NCBI GenBank assembly: GCA_002269645.1
Contig: NIVC01005020.1
Location: 1 to 28,452 of the forward strand
DNA from: Macrostomum lignano
Taxonomy: Eukaryota
DNA length: 28,452 nucleotides
Reading direction: 5' to 3'
Shown here in pieces: positions 12,901 through 22,137 of this stretch; positions within the stretch are counted from its first letter, which is position 1, and each line of letters starts with the position of its first letter. Position numbers and translations under genes: made by a program. The notes beneath the pieces were generated by a model. That model had not been told where the DNA came from. It did not search any database and saw only the letters and a program-made list of their open reading frames with translations.

Positions 12901-13089
12901 TTGACGGCGCGCTACCACATGGCACCAGCGAATAATTGGAGCTTCGTCTAAGCTGACATCAAACCACTCCACCTCTGAGCTGCTTGGGGGTGGGTAGGTA
13001 TCGGAACGGCACTCTTGCGTGAACTGGGCTGGCACAAATGCCGAACAGAACAGAGCACAAAGCAGCATTAACCAAGATTCACTGCGCAT
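9949..13089 (-). CDS. ASAH1: Acid ceramidase paralog B, complete, 390 aa, 3 exons
   Basis: Exons are 13089-12655 (signal peptide, ...NIFYEATNL/CTSVLAKDSK|GT), 11387-10971 (CAG|[12 protein letters not shown]...GGNSTMQ|GT) and 10269-9949 (CAG|GCVITRSR...LQTNYDHWK...DDRRTP...CKDPCPIW*). All introns are phase 0. Equivalents of human Cys143, Arg159, Asp162, Asn320, Arg333 and the terminal CxxxC are present. Confidence 0.96.
10444..10927 (+). mobile_element. 5'-truncated non-LTR retrotransposon 3' end (I/R1/LOA-type ORF2 C-terminal zinc knuckle plus 3' tail) in intron 2 of paralog B, antisense to the gene
   Basis: SRSDTRAVTMALPGHGCFASHRHLQG...CPFCLLGVENAEHFTCECP matches the TGH...C-x2-C-x7-H-x4-C pattern of LINE ORF2. 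A GC-rich 3' UTR follows, with AATAAA at about 10909 and 10921. Confidence 0.8.
11490..11880 (-). pseudogene. Degenerate coding relic, possibly the C-terminus of a DNA transposase, in intron 1 of paralog B
   Basis: FSIDEVVRKTALQ(fs)LTIRALVVSQ...ASAYAVCRWQLEEERL**RKKREKLEK reads like coding sequence. Its stops could derive from CAA/CGA/CAG by C>T. The family assignment is weak. Confidence 0.3.
11988..12185 (+). repeat. Dispersed repeat, copy 1 (inverted relative to the copy at 22138-22320)
   Basis: Shares GAAAGAAGTGACTCTAGAC, GAAACGA(C/T)GAGATGTC, TTTATTGTCTGCGACTCTG and GACTCTGGGGCC with the reverse complement of 22138-22320. Confidence 0.8.
12225..12600 (+). mobile_element. 5'-truncated RTE-like non-LTR retrotransposon 3' end in intron 1 of paralog B, antisense to the gene
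   Basis: DAAHAGLLRAAFNI...VTNAALY...LLRRRRLQLAGH...YRRGQTRRYVDCL resembles the post-RT C-terminal region of RTE-type ORFs. Stop at 12553, followed by a (TTTTGTTG)-like simple-repeat tail. Confidence 0.75.
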
Positions 13090-13640
13090 CTGGAAGCATG
13101 AGCCAGCAAAATGCTATTAATCTTGCTCTACTCAATTGAAGTTTAAATAAAATGTTCTAGATAATGATTGCTAGTTTGTAAAGAAGCCAATAGCTTGTGT
13201 CTATGCAGTATTGAAATTTATATTTCTATAAACTTGATTTTGCTTTTACTAACCTAAAGGAGAATAATCCTTTACAAGGCTTACCTATGCAATAAGGTCG
13301 ATAATGCAGAAAATTCAAGATTAATCAAGCATACAAAGCATTGGCTAGTGTATACTAGCATACAAAATTTATCTCAAAGCTACATTCTGGCATATACTAG
13401 TATACACAGGCATATACTAAGCTTTCATAGACTTTTTGATGTTGGTATTTATTAAAAAAGCAGAAAAGTATCCTTACCCCCTCCTCCAAGATAGCAAACA
13501 TATACCCAAATACAAAAGTAAGTACCCCCCCCAAATACAATAGCAAAATCCCCAAAATACAATGGCAAGCATCCCCCAGATAGTATACTCCAAGATGGCA
13601 TGCATACATGCAAAACTTTAGGAATCACCTGGCCGTTTCT

Positions 13641-13734
13641 ATTGGCAACACATACATGTAAGTCGCTATTGGCTGAGAGCAGTCACGTGATTACTATTCT
13701 GTCCAATAGCAACTTACATGTGTATGTTGCCAAT
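13641..13734. promoter_or_regulatory. 32-bp inverted repeat with a central E-box/CLEAR-like GTCACGTGA and four CCAAT boxes, about 0.6 kb upstream of the paralog B ATG
   Basis: Arms 13641-13672 and 13703-13734 are reverse complements with 3 mismatches. GTCACGTGAT lies at 13682-13691. A regulatory function is inference only. Confidence 0.4.
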
Positions 13735-13916
13735 TGAAACGGCCAAATGAATCCCAAGGTTGTGCCCAAGCATGATGGCATGTACCCCCTCCTAAGAGCC
13801 AGCCTTTCGCTTTCCCAATATCAGGCATCCCCTGATCATCTAGTGCAATAATTGATGCACCATCAAATTCAATAATCTTTTTACTCATCTAGTAAAATAA
13901 TCCTTTACACATCAAA

Positions 13917-14016
13917 TGCAATAATAATTGTCTTATCAAGTGCAATAATCCTTGGCTTATCAAGTGCAATAATCATTGGCTTATAAAGTACAATAAACAT
14001 TGGTTTATCAAGTGCA
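13917..14016. repeat. 24-bp tandem repeat (TGCAATAATCATTGGCTTATCAAG), about 4 copies
   Basis: TGCAATAATC at 13941 and 13965, with degenerate flanking units. Confidence 0.85.
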
Positions 14017-14348
14017 GTTGTTAAATTTGATTAGCAGATTATCACATTACTTGTTGTCGATAGTATTCCAAAAGATTGCCTTCCCTTCTCTCCTAAATAA
14101 CAATAAAAAAATCTTTGGCCTATCATATTTCATTGATACAGGCCTAGACAAAGCATAGGCCTAATTTAAAAGTTCTAGGCCTACCAATTTATACAAAGAT
14201 GAAGAGACTTTTTTGTCTTAAGTTGTATGTATTATAGGGGCCTACATTTTATGATTTTAAATTATTTAGTTTAATAATATAATTAAACAATTATACATAT
14301 AATGTATAAAATTAAATTTAACAGTTTATAATATTTCAAAATTCAATT

Positions 14349-14438
14349 AATATAGGCCTATCAATTTTTTTCAAAACAAAAAAATTCAATATAGGCCTAT
14401 CAATTTTTTTCAAAACAAAAAATTCAATATAGGCCTAG
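14349..14438. repeat. About 39-bp tandem duplication (AATATAGGCCTATCAATTTTTTTCAAAACAAAAAAATTC), 2 copies plus a partial third
   Basis: Direct repeat visible in the sequence. Confidence 0.85.
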
Positions 14439-15570
14439 TAGCACTTTAAGACCTTGTTGAACTTTAGTAAAATCCTTAAATCAATCTTTATTGATTCTTT
14501 ACAATCTTTACTTCCAATTATCCACAAAACTAGGCCTAAAATGGGAGTTTGGAGTCATTTGTATTCTCTATACAAGGCTGGTGCATGCGTGCGCAAATGT
14601 TTTCAATACAACAAAATAAAGCTACATGCAGCGCTGCATTCATTACTGGTCTGTAAGGCCGTGTTTTCCGAGGATAGAATGGCCTCACGAGTGGGACACA
14701 GCTACTTTATATATATTTTAGATAAAATTGGCATTCAAATTTTTACCTTATTTAATAATCTAACGTATCTAATTGAACCAAATTAATACTTAAAGTTATA
14801 TTAAAACTTGTTTTACGTGTATCTCAATAATGAAATTTTGAAATCATTTTGTTGTAAAGCGAGCGTACAACAGATGACAGTAGGCTTACAGTACAACAGT
14901 CAGTACTAAATTATCAAATGCTAGCTGTTCTTTGCTTAACGCACGCTTCTCTGCGTGCGTGCGTGCTCTGGTATTGTTCTTTGCCCGCCTTAAAGACAAT
15001 CCCTTAGCTACTGCGATTCTGCGAAAACTAAGCTATGACATGCTAAAATAAGTTATTTCTCGTCATAGATAGGCCTATTAATCAAATATACGGCTTCGAG
15101 CAGTTGGCAAATTAGATTCAGATATGCTAGGCCTCCTTTAGATAGGGTGTGTTGTTTCGTCTAATGACTTTTTGTCTAATCCTTTATTTCCTTTAGATAG
15201 TAATACCAATAAAACCTTCGTATTGTCTTGATAAGCCTCAGAAGGTCTAAATTTTTAATAACGAAAATCGACCAAAAGAAACTAGGATATTTGTCACAGC
15301 TGACAAGAAGTACTAGGCCTAGGCCTAATAGAATTTGGACAAAGTTTACAATGTGCAAGCCACACAAAACAAACATATGTGACATTTACAGATCAGTTGT
15401 TTAGGCCTAGTAATAGTATTACTTCTAGTTCTTAGGGCCTACTTTTATTTTTATCCAGCTCTTAAGTTAGGCCTACCCCATTATTTCATGGCAATTTCTT
15501 TTTCGAACAGAGTATTTATTTTACTTTTTAAAATTGGGTTCCAAATTTAAAAAACTATTTCACATAATTA

Positions 15571-17772
15571 CAAGGGTTGCTTAATAAATTGGCAGTGCTT
15601 ATTTAGCCAGCACCAGTCAAATAAGCGCGTCACTATTTAGCCGGCAGTCCTGCCCCACTGCCAGTCAAATAATCCTGTCACTATTTAGCTGGCAGTCTTG
15701 CCCCACTGCCGGTCAAATAAGCATGTCACTATTTAGCTGGCAGTCCTGTCCCACTGCCGGTCAAATAAGCTCGTCACTATTTAGCCGGCAATCTTGGCTA
15801 ACACCACATTTCCTGTTGACCTGCGCCAAGGGATTTGGTGTTAGGTTCTTCCCTGTTCACTCACTATTACTAGAGGAATTCCCCAATGGCATGCTAGTCA
15901 AAATACATTTATATATATTTATATATACGCACTGCTTGTCATGACCTTAAATTAATAATTTAACATACTACAAGCTAATTATTTATATTACAATTTTGGA
16001 GTTTTTTGATAAAGGTGTTTGTAGTGGTTTTTGGCTTTAATGAGTGGTTTTGATTTAGAGATTAAAGTGAAAGTAAAATATGCATAATTAATTTTTAATT
16101 TGTTTATATGTTTTCTGCTGCTACAAATAATTTTCGGAATATGCAAGACTTCCAGAAACAATTAAACAAACTTAAAGGCAAATAATAAATTGTACTGAAT
16201 CTACATTGATTTATATTCACTATACCTACTTTGTATTGCCCAAAGTTTAAATATCTTAAATAAATATATATAATGGCGTGGCCATTAGGGGCCAGGATTG
16301 CTGGCTAAATAGTGACGAGCTTATTTGACCAGCAGTGGGGCAGGATTGCTGGCTAAATAAATAGTGACAAGCTTATTTTACTGGCAGTGGGGCAGGACTG
16401 CCAGCTAAATAGTAGCAAACTTATTTGGCCAGTGCCAGCTAAATAAGCACTGCCTAATCAGTTTGTGGAAAATCTAACTTTCTTTTGTACAAATAAAATA
16501 ATATTTTATTTGGCATTTCTTTTTATATAGAAATTGACATCTTTTATGTCAATTTTCAGCCTCTAACTAAAATGCTAAAATGCAATGGTCAAAAAAGTGA
16601 TATGACTCTAGACCTTGCCTTGCAATTGACAATGTTCAATGTGACAGACAAGTTGCAATCCTTGTTCAATTTTGACTTGGCCAATCTGCCTTTGAGTGCT
16701 TGCAGATACTTCAAAAAGCATTAGATGATAAAGCCTCACCCCAGTCCCAGACAATGGTGTACAAGTGGTTTGGCAAATTTTGTTCTAGCTGCCTGGAGCT
16801 AGATGATAATAAACACAAAGACTATCTAAATTTGGCTATTACAAATATAACAGTGGCTTGTGTCCAAAGATCAATGAAGATTAATAAATGATAGTTCATG
16901 AAATCAAGAAACATGTTGGGATTTCAGATTCAAGCACCATTTCTATCCTGCATGATCATCTAGGCATGAGGAAAGTGTCTACATGCTAGATGCCCTATCA
17001 CTTGAACCCAACCTAGATGCAAGCTTGTGTTGAGTTTGCAAACTTCATGCTCAATAAATTGATGCAGGAGCTTCAAAATTGGTAGACAATATCCTAATAG
17101 GGGATGAAACTTAGGTTTACTTTTATGACCTAGATACAAAATCCTAGAGTAGGCAGTGGATTGCTTTTGAAGAGGATTCCTCTATCAAATTCCTATGTGA
17201 GAGAAGTATTGGCAAGGTCATAACAGTAGTCTTCTTCTGGTAGTATGATATCCTGCTGCCTATTCTACTCAAAGAAAGTGCCACAGTGACTGGTCATTTG
17301 TACTGAAGTGTTTGCTTGCCCTAGGTGCTGCAGTTCCTCAATCAAGAGTGGCCAAATAGTAGATACCATGCCATTTTCCTGTACCATAACAATGTTCTAG
17401 CTTACCAAGCCAGGGTGACATAGGAGTTTCTGGTATCAACTCAACTGAGTCTGCTGCCATACCCAGCCTATTTGCCCAACCTTGCTCCAGCTGACTTCTT
17501 CTTTCCAAAGATCAAGAACAATCTCAAGGGAAAGTGCTTTGACTCACGCAAGGAGCTTGGAGAGGCCTTGAAAGCAAAGCTGGAAGCTGTCACTTAGATG
17601 GAATTAAGGGACTGTTTTGTAGCATGGTTCTATAGGATGGAGAAATGCATCAATCTATCTAGAAACTATGTTGAAAAGTCTCATTAAGTGGGGATAAATG
17701 CAAGTAATTTTTTAAGTGGAAGCATATTCAGAAGTGTCTTTTTCCACAAACTTATTTATTAAGCAGCCCTTG
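15571..17772 (+). mobile_element. Full-length decayed mariner (DD34D-type) transposon, about 1.33 kb without the insertion; transposase pseudogene at about 16630-17690
   Basis: The relic translation has an HTH region (MVYKWFGKF), LHDHLGMRKVS, GDET*VYFYD, YHNN (HDN) and PAYLPNLAPADF (PYSPDLAPSD), with many stops. The left TIR is TA|CAAGGGTTGCTTAATAAAT...GTTTGTGGAAAA, split by the insertion. The right TIR is TTTTCCACAAACTTATTTATTAAGCAGCCCTTG|TA. TA target duplications lie at 15569-70 and 17773-74. Confidence 0.9.
15591..16454. mobile_element. Foldback/MULE-like non-autonomous element (864 bp) with long modular inverted arms, inserted in the mariner left TIR
   Basis: The ends GGCAGTGCTTATTTAGC and GCTAAATAAGCACTGCC are inverted. 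The left arm has 48-bp subrepeats (GTCAAATAA at 15616, 15664, 15712, 15760), and the right arm (16291-16454) has about 3 inverted units. The core is AT-rich. A 9-bp TSD-like pair flanks it: TAATAAATT (15582-90) and TAATCAGTT (16455-63). Confidence 0.85.
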
Positions 17773-18053
17773 TACTTCATGTGCATGTCATCATGGTTGT
17801 CAATTTGTTGTTACATTTGTTACATCAAGCAGACCAGTGCATGGGTTCTCCATAGCCAATCCACTGCTTGCCAAAGATGTCATTTAGCTATTCATTGTCT
17901 TAGGCTTAAGTAGTTTGTAAAAATGGATAGTAAGTTCTTTTTATAGGAGTTATGTTCATTATCCAACCTTTTCAGCCCAATCTGGCCGATTCAGCTATAG
18001 CATTTCATGCCTAAGCCAAGGTGCATTGATAGTAAGAATTTATTCAATCTAGC

Positions 18054-18884
18054 ATGCAGCCTGGCGACGAAGTAGTGATAGTTTACAAAGGCGAGGACGC
18101 CCTCGGCATCGTAGAGCGCTGCGATCCCGAGCTGGACTCTGTGCTTGTCAGCCTCACGCTGTCGTCTGGCGCCCGGATTCAAACTGTGCGCCGCCTGGCC
18201 GATTGCCTGCCACGCGCTGTTGCCGAAGCCGCCGCTGCGGCTGAAGCTGCGGAGAACAGCCAAGCGGACGATGCTGACGAGGACGAATTCGAAATTGACA
18301 TCGAGGCCAGCCAGCAGCATCCGCAGCATCAGAGTCGCGCTGTTGGATTCTCGACACCAATTGGGGCAAACCAAGCGCTTGATCCGCCGCGATTGCGTCC
18401 GCAGCAGCAGCAGCAGGCTCTGCACATGTACAGCTGCAGTGCCCCGCCCTCCGCGCCGCCTCCAGTCTGCTGCGCCAGTTTAGCCTTGCCGCTCAGCGTC
18501 AACGTCGGCGCCGGGAGTGGCGCATTTTTTGGCGGCTTCGCCGTCTCGCCGTTTCGCCTGTCGGCTTCGTCCTCGTTTTCGTTTCCTCCTCCGGCCGTTT
18601 CGACTGGCGGCGGAGGCAGAGGCGGCGGTGCAGGCGGCGGCCCGGAAGACCCGCAACAGCTGCTGGCCGTGACCCCGCCGTCGTCATTGTCGTCCTCGTT
18701 CTCTGGCGGCGACGCCTCCTCAGCCTCGCTAACGCCGCTGTCGCCGCGCGGCAAATGCCGCCGAATTTATGGCGTTGATAACCGGAGAATGTGGTGCACG
18801 CAGTGCCGCTGGAAGAAGGCCTGTACAAGATTTAAGCCGGCCCAGACCATGCTGCCCGCTCAGTCCAGCACTGGAATGCAGTGA
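18054..18884 (+). CDS. ZNF395/ZNF704/SLC2A4RG (HDBP/GEF)-family C-clamp protein, 276 aa, single coding exon, no C2H2 finger
   Basis: The C-terminal [27 protein letters not shown] matches the family CR3/C-clamp (KCRKVYG.E.RD.WCTACRWKKACQRF). The N-terminal [20 protein letters not shown] resembles the ZNF395 segment QPGQKVYVWYGGQECTGLVE (recalled). The middle is low complexity. ATTAAA at about 18983. An upstream coding exon cannot be excluded (AG at 18051-52). Confidence 0.88.
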   Translation: MQPGDEVVIVYKGEDALGIVERCDPELDSVLVSLTLSSGARIQTVRRLADCLPRAVAEAAAAAEAAENSQADDADEDEFEIDIEASQQHPQHQSRAVGFSTPIGANQALDPPRLRPQQQQQALHMYSCSAPPSAPPPVCCASLALPLSVNVGAGSGAFFGGFAVSPFRLSASSSFSFPPPAVSTGGGGRGGGAGGGPEDPQQLLAVTPPSSLSSSFSGGDASSASLTPLSPRGKCRRIYGVDNRRMWCTQCRWKKACTRFKPAQTMLPAQSSTGMQ

Positions 18885-20386
18885 GCCAATTGGCCCTCTG
18901 TTCGTGTGCTCCAGCAGCTTTGATTTTTGTTTGTTTCGTTGTTTTTCACACTTTAGCGACTGTCACACTCTGGGTTGTGTTTATTAAAAGCAATGGTTAA
19001 TACAAACCACAGATGGTGTAGAATGTAGCCATAAGACTTTTCGGAAATTTCCCTAAAGTGCATGACAACAAAGTATCGACGTTAAGCAGAAATCAATGGC
19101 CAGAGAGATTGCATGTGCAAGTGTGTAATAAGCACAGTACCTCGCAGTGTTTTAAGATCCGCAAAACTATCCTTGAAACTATTTGGCATATGAATATCAA
19201 ACAAGTGACTTTATAATTTTATAAATTTGGTGCTACTATTAGTAGAAGTGATAAAGCAAAACAAATATTCATTTTTTGCGCGCATATCTGCTTCGTGTAA
19301 TCTAATCGCCTCCTGCGCTCTTTCACGCTATATATAAAGGCAAGTTTATTTTATTACATAGATTGATATTTATTCTTCCACTCTTCGTAAGAATATTTAT
19401 TTAAATCACCTTTTGGAGCGAATGCTTTTCCTTCTTGTGTGTCTTCTTGTGTCTGCGTTTCTGTGGGTCTGGTCAGCTGGATCGGTGCTTGCTCAGAGTT
19501 ATCTGTTATTTTGTTTTAAATTGACACATTTTCATTGTCACAAACTGTAGATACTACTTCTGGGTTTCGCGCTGCAGTAGAGTTTGAAGAGTTTTAATAT
19601 TTTTACTGTGTTTGTTTATTCACCGCAGCCCCAGTATATATGATATAATAATAAGTGATTAGCCGCCATAGCCCCAGTTACCTTCAGCAGATGTCATACC
19701 TCCTGCCCGTGTTTGTTTTAATTTACACACACCGGTGCTTTTCAAATTTGTTATACAAAGTAGTAAAATTCAAAACATGTTTCATCAGATCTTGTCTCAT
19801 TTTATTGCATTGCTTTTATCATCTAACTATCGTTCATTCCTCAAGTGAGCTCTATGCTCATTGGTTCTCATCGTCCCGGTAACTGGGCTCAGATATTCGC
19901 TCTCGCTCCTGTCTCCACATTGCATTCTGAGAAGATTCTCCTTGTTTATAAGACAGCCTTTCTGTGATTTTATCCTTGCGTCAGAGTTGCTGCACATTTT
20001 CTTGTGTAAAAATATTAATCCGCAAACATGAGTAAGTTACAGCAAGGACATTTCTTCCAAACCAATATTATAAATATTTTTATCAGATCACCTGTTTTGC
20101 TGTTTTTCCTGTATAGCAGAGTCTTATAACTGTTGCTTTCTTGATTGCTGCTTGTGTACTCTTTCTAGCTATAGTAATATAAATAATATAATATCAAAAC
20201 TTCTGTCTGCACTTGAAAGAGAGCTTCCTTAGTTGACGAACTTTCACGGATGGAAGTTCAACGAAAAAGCTTTTCTTTCTGACTTCATTTTTGCATCGAG
20301 ATTTATTTTTGTTTGCGGTCGAAATTATAACTGCATTCAGGCTTGGGGCCGCGCTGCTCACAATGCTTGTACTTGCCTGTATAATC

Positions 20387-21948
20387 TAACCCAGTGTAGA
20401 ATCGCCCCTAACCCAGTGTAGAGAAACGCCCCTAACCCAGTGTAGAGAATCGCCCCTTACCCAGTGTAGAGAATCGCCCCTGACCCAGTGTAGAGAATCG
20501 CCCCTAACCCAGTGTAGAGAATCGCCCCTAACCCAGTGTAGAGAATCGCCCCTAACCCAGTGTAGAGAATCGCCCCTGACCCAGTGTAGAGAATCGCCCC
20601 TAACCAAGTGTAGAGAATCGCCCCTAACCCAGTGTAGAGAATCGCCCCTGACCCAGTGTAGAGAATCGCCCCTAACCCAGTGTAGAGAATCGCCCCTTAC
20701 CCAGTGTAGAGAATCGCCCCTTACCCAGTGTAGAGAATCGCCCCTGACCCAGTGTAGAGAATCGCCCCTAACCCAGTGTAGAGAATCGCCCCTTACCCAG
20801 TGTAGAGAATCGCCCCTAACCCAGTGTAGAGAATCGCCCCTAACCAGTGTAGAGAATCGCCCCTAACCCAGTGTAGAGAATCGCCCCTAACCAAGTGTAG
20901 AGAATCGCCCCTAACCAGTGTAGAGAATCGCCCCTAACCCAGTGTAGAATCGCCCCTAACCCAGTGTAGAGAATCGCCCCTGACCCAGTGTAGAGAATCG
21001 CCCCTAACCCAGTGTAGAGAATCGCCCCTAACCAAGTGTAGAGAATCGCCCCTAACCCAGTGTAGAGAATCGCCCCTAACCCAGTGTAGAGAATCGCCCC
21101 TAACCCAGTGTAGAGAATCGCCCCTGACCCAGTGTAGAGAATCGCCCCTAACCCAGTGTAGAGAATCGCCCCTAACCAAGTGTAGAGAATCGCCCCTAAC
21201 CCAGTGTAGAGAATCGCCCCTGACCCAGTGTAGAGAATCGCCCCTAACCCAGTGTAGAGAATCGCCCCTTACCCAGTGTAGAGAATCTCGCCCCTTACCC
21301 AGTGTAGAGAATCGCCCCTTACCCAGTGTAGAGAATCGCCCCTGACCCAGTGTAGAGAATCGCCCCTAACCAAGTGTAGAGAATCGCCCCTAACCCAGTG
21401 TAGAGAATCGCCCCTAACCCAGTGTAGAGAATCGCCCCTAACCCAGTGTAGAGAATCGCCCCTAACCCAGTGTAGAGAATCGCCCCTTACCCAGTGTAGA
21501 GAATCGCCCCTGACCCAGTGTAGAGAATCGCCCCTAACCCAGTGTAGAGAATCGCCCCTAACCAAGTGTAGAGAATCGCCCCTAACCAAGTGTAGAGAAT
21601 CGCCCCTAACCCAGTGTAGAGAATCGCCCCTAACCCAGTGTAGAATCGCCCCTAACCCAGTGTAGAGAATCGCCCCTGACCCAGTGTAGAGAATCGCCCC
21701 TAACCCAGTGTAGAGAATCGCCCCTAACCCAGTGTAGAGAATCGCCCCTAACCCAGTGTAGAGAATCGCCCCTAACCAAGTGTAGAGAATCGCCCCTAAC
21801 CCAGTGTAGAGAATCGCCCCTAACCCAGTGTAGAGAATCGCCCCTAACCCAGTGTAGAGAATCGCCCCTAACCCAGTGTAGAATCGTCCCTAACCAAGTG
21901 TAGAGAATCGCCCCTGACCCAGTGTAGAGAATCGCCCCTAACCCAGTA
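20387..21948. repeat. 24-bp satellite (AACCCAGTGTAGAGAATCGCCCCT), about 65 copies, each containing CCCCTAACCC
   Basis: Tandem periodicity of 24. Variants are TAA/TGA/TTA and CCCAG/CCAAG, with occasional 22-bp units. Confidence 0.98.
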
Positions 21949-22137
21949 GACCCATTGAAAATGTTACCGTGGCAAGAATCGCTACGTCATTGCCAACATG
22001 ATACTTAGTGACTCTAACGTCACTGGATCGACTCTTTAATGATTTAAATGACTGCAATTCGACGGTGAGATGACAAGTGCATCACGTGAGTTGCAGGATC
22101 GTAAAAAGAGTACAGCACACCTCAGATACAAGTAAGT

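Noticed and set aside
1391-18828. Overlapping antisense and alternative-frame ORFs over ASAH, SNRPA1, cofilin and the C-clamp gene (for example 1391-1660, 2033-2311, 7257-7580, 18329-18754)
   Set aside because: These are shadow ORFs expected from GC-rich codon usage, with no independent motifs.
19700-20300. Minus-strand coding relic (RQERERISEPSYRDDENQ...), possibly Helitron-like
   Set aside because: Multiple stops and no diagnostic motif.
20386-21589. ORFs of repeated WVRGDSLH with many RGD integrin-binding motifs
   Set aside because: This is a translation of the 24-bp satellite. The frames break at unit indels, and there are no splice signals or unique flanking coding sequence.
20387-21948. 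True or interstitial telomere
   Set aside because: There is no (TTAGGG)n run. The hexamer is only part of a 24-bp unit, and genes lie on both sides.
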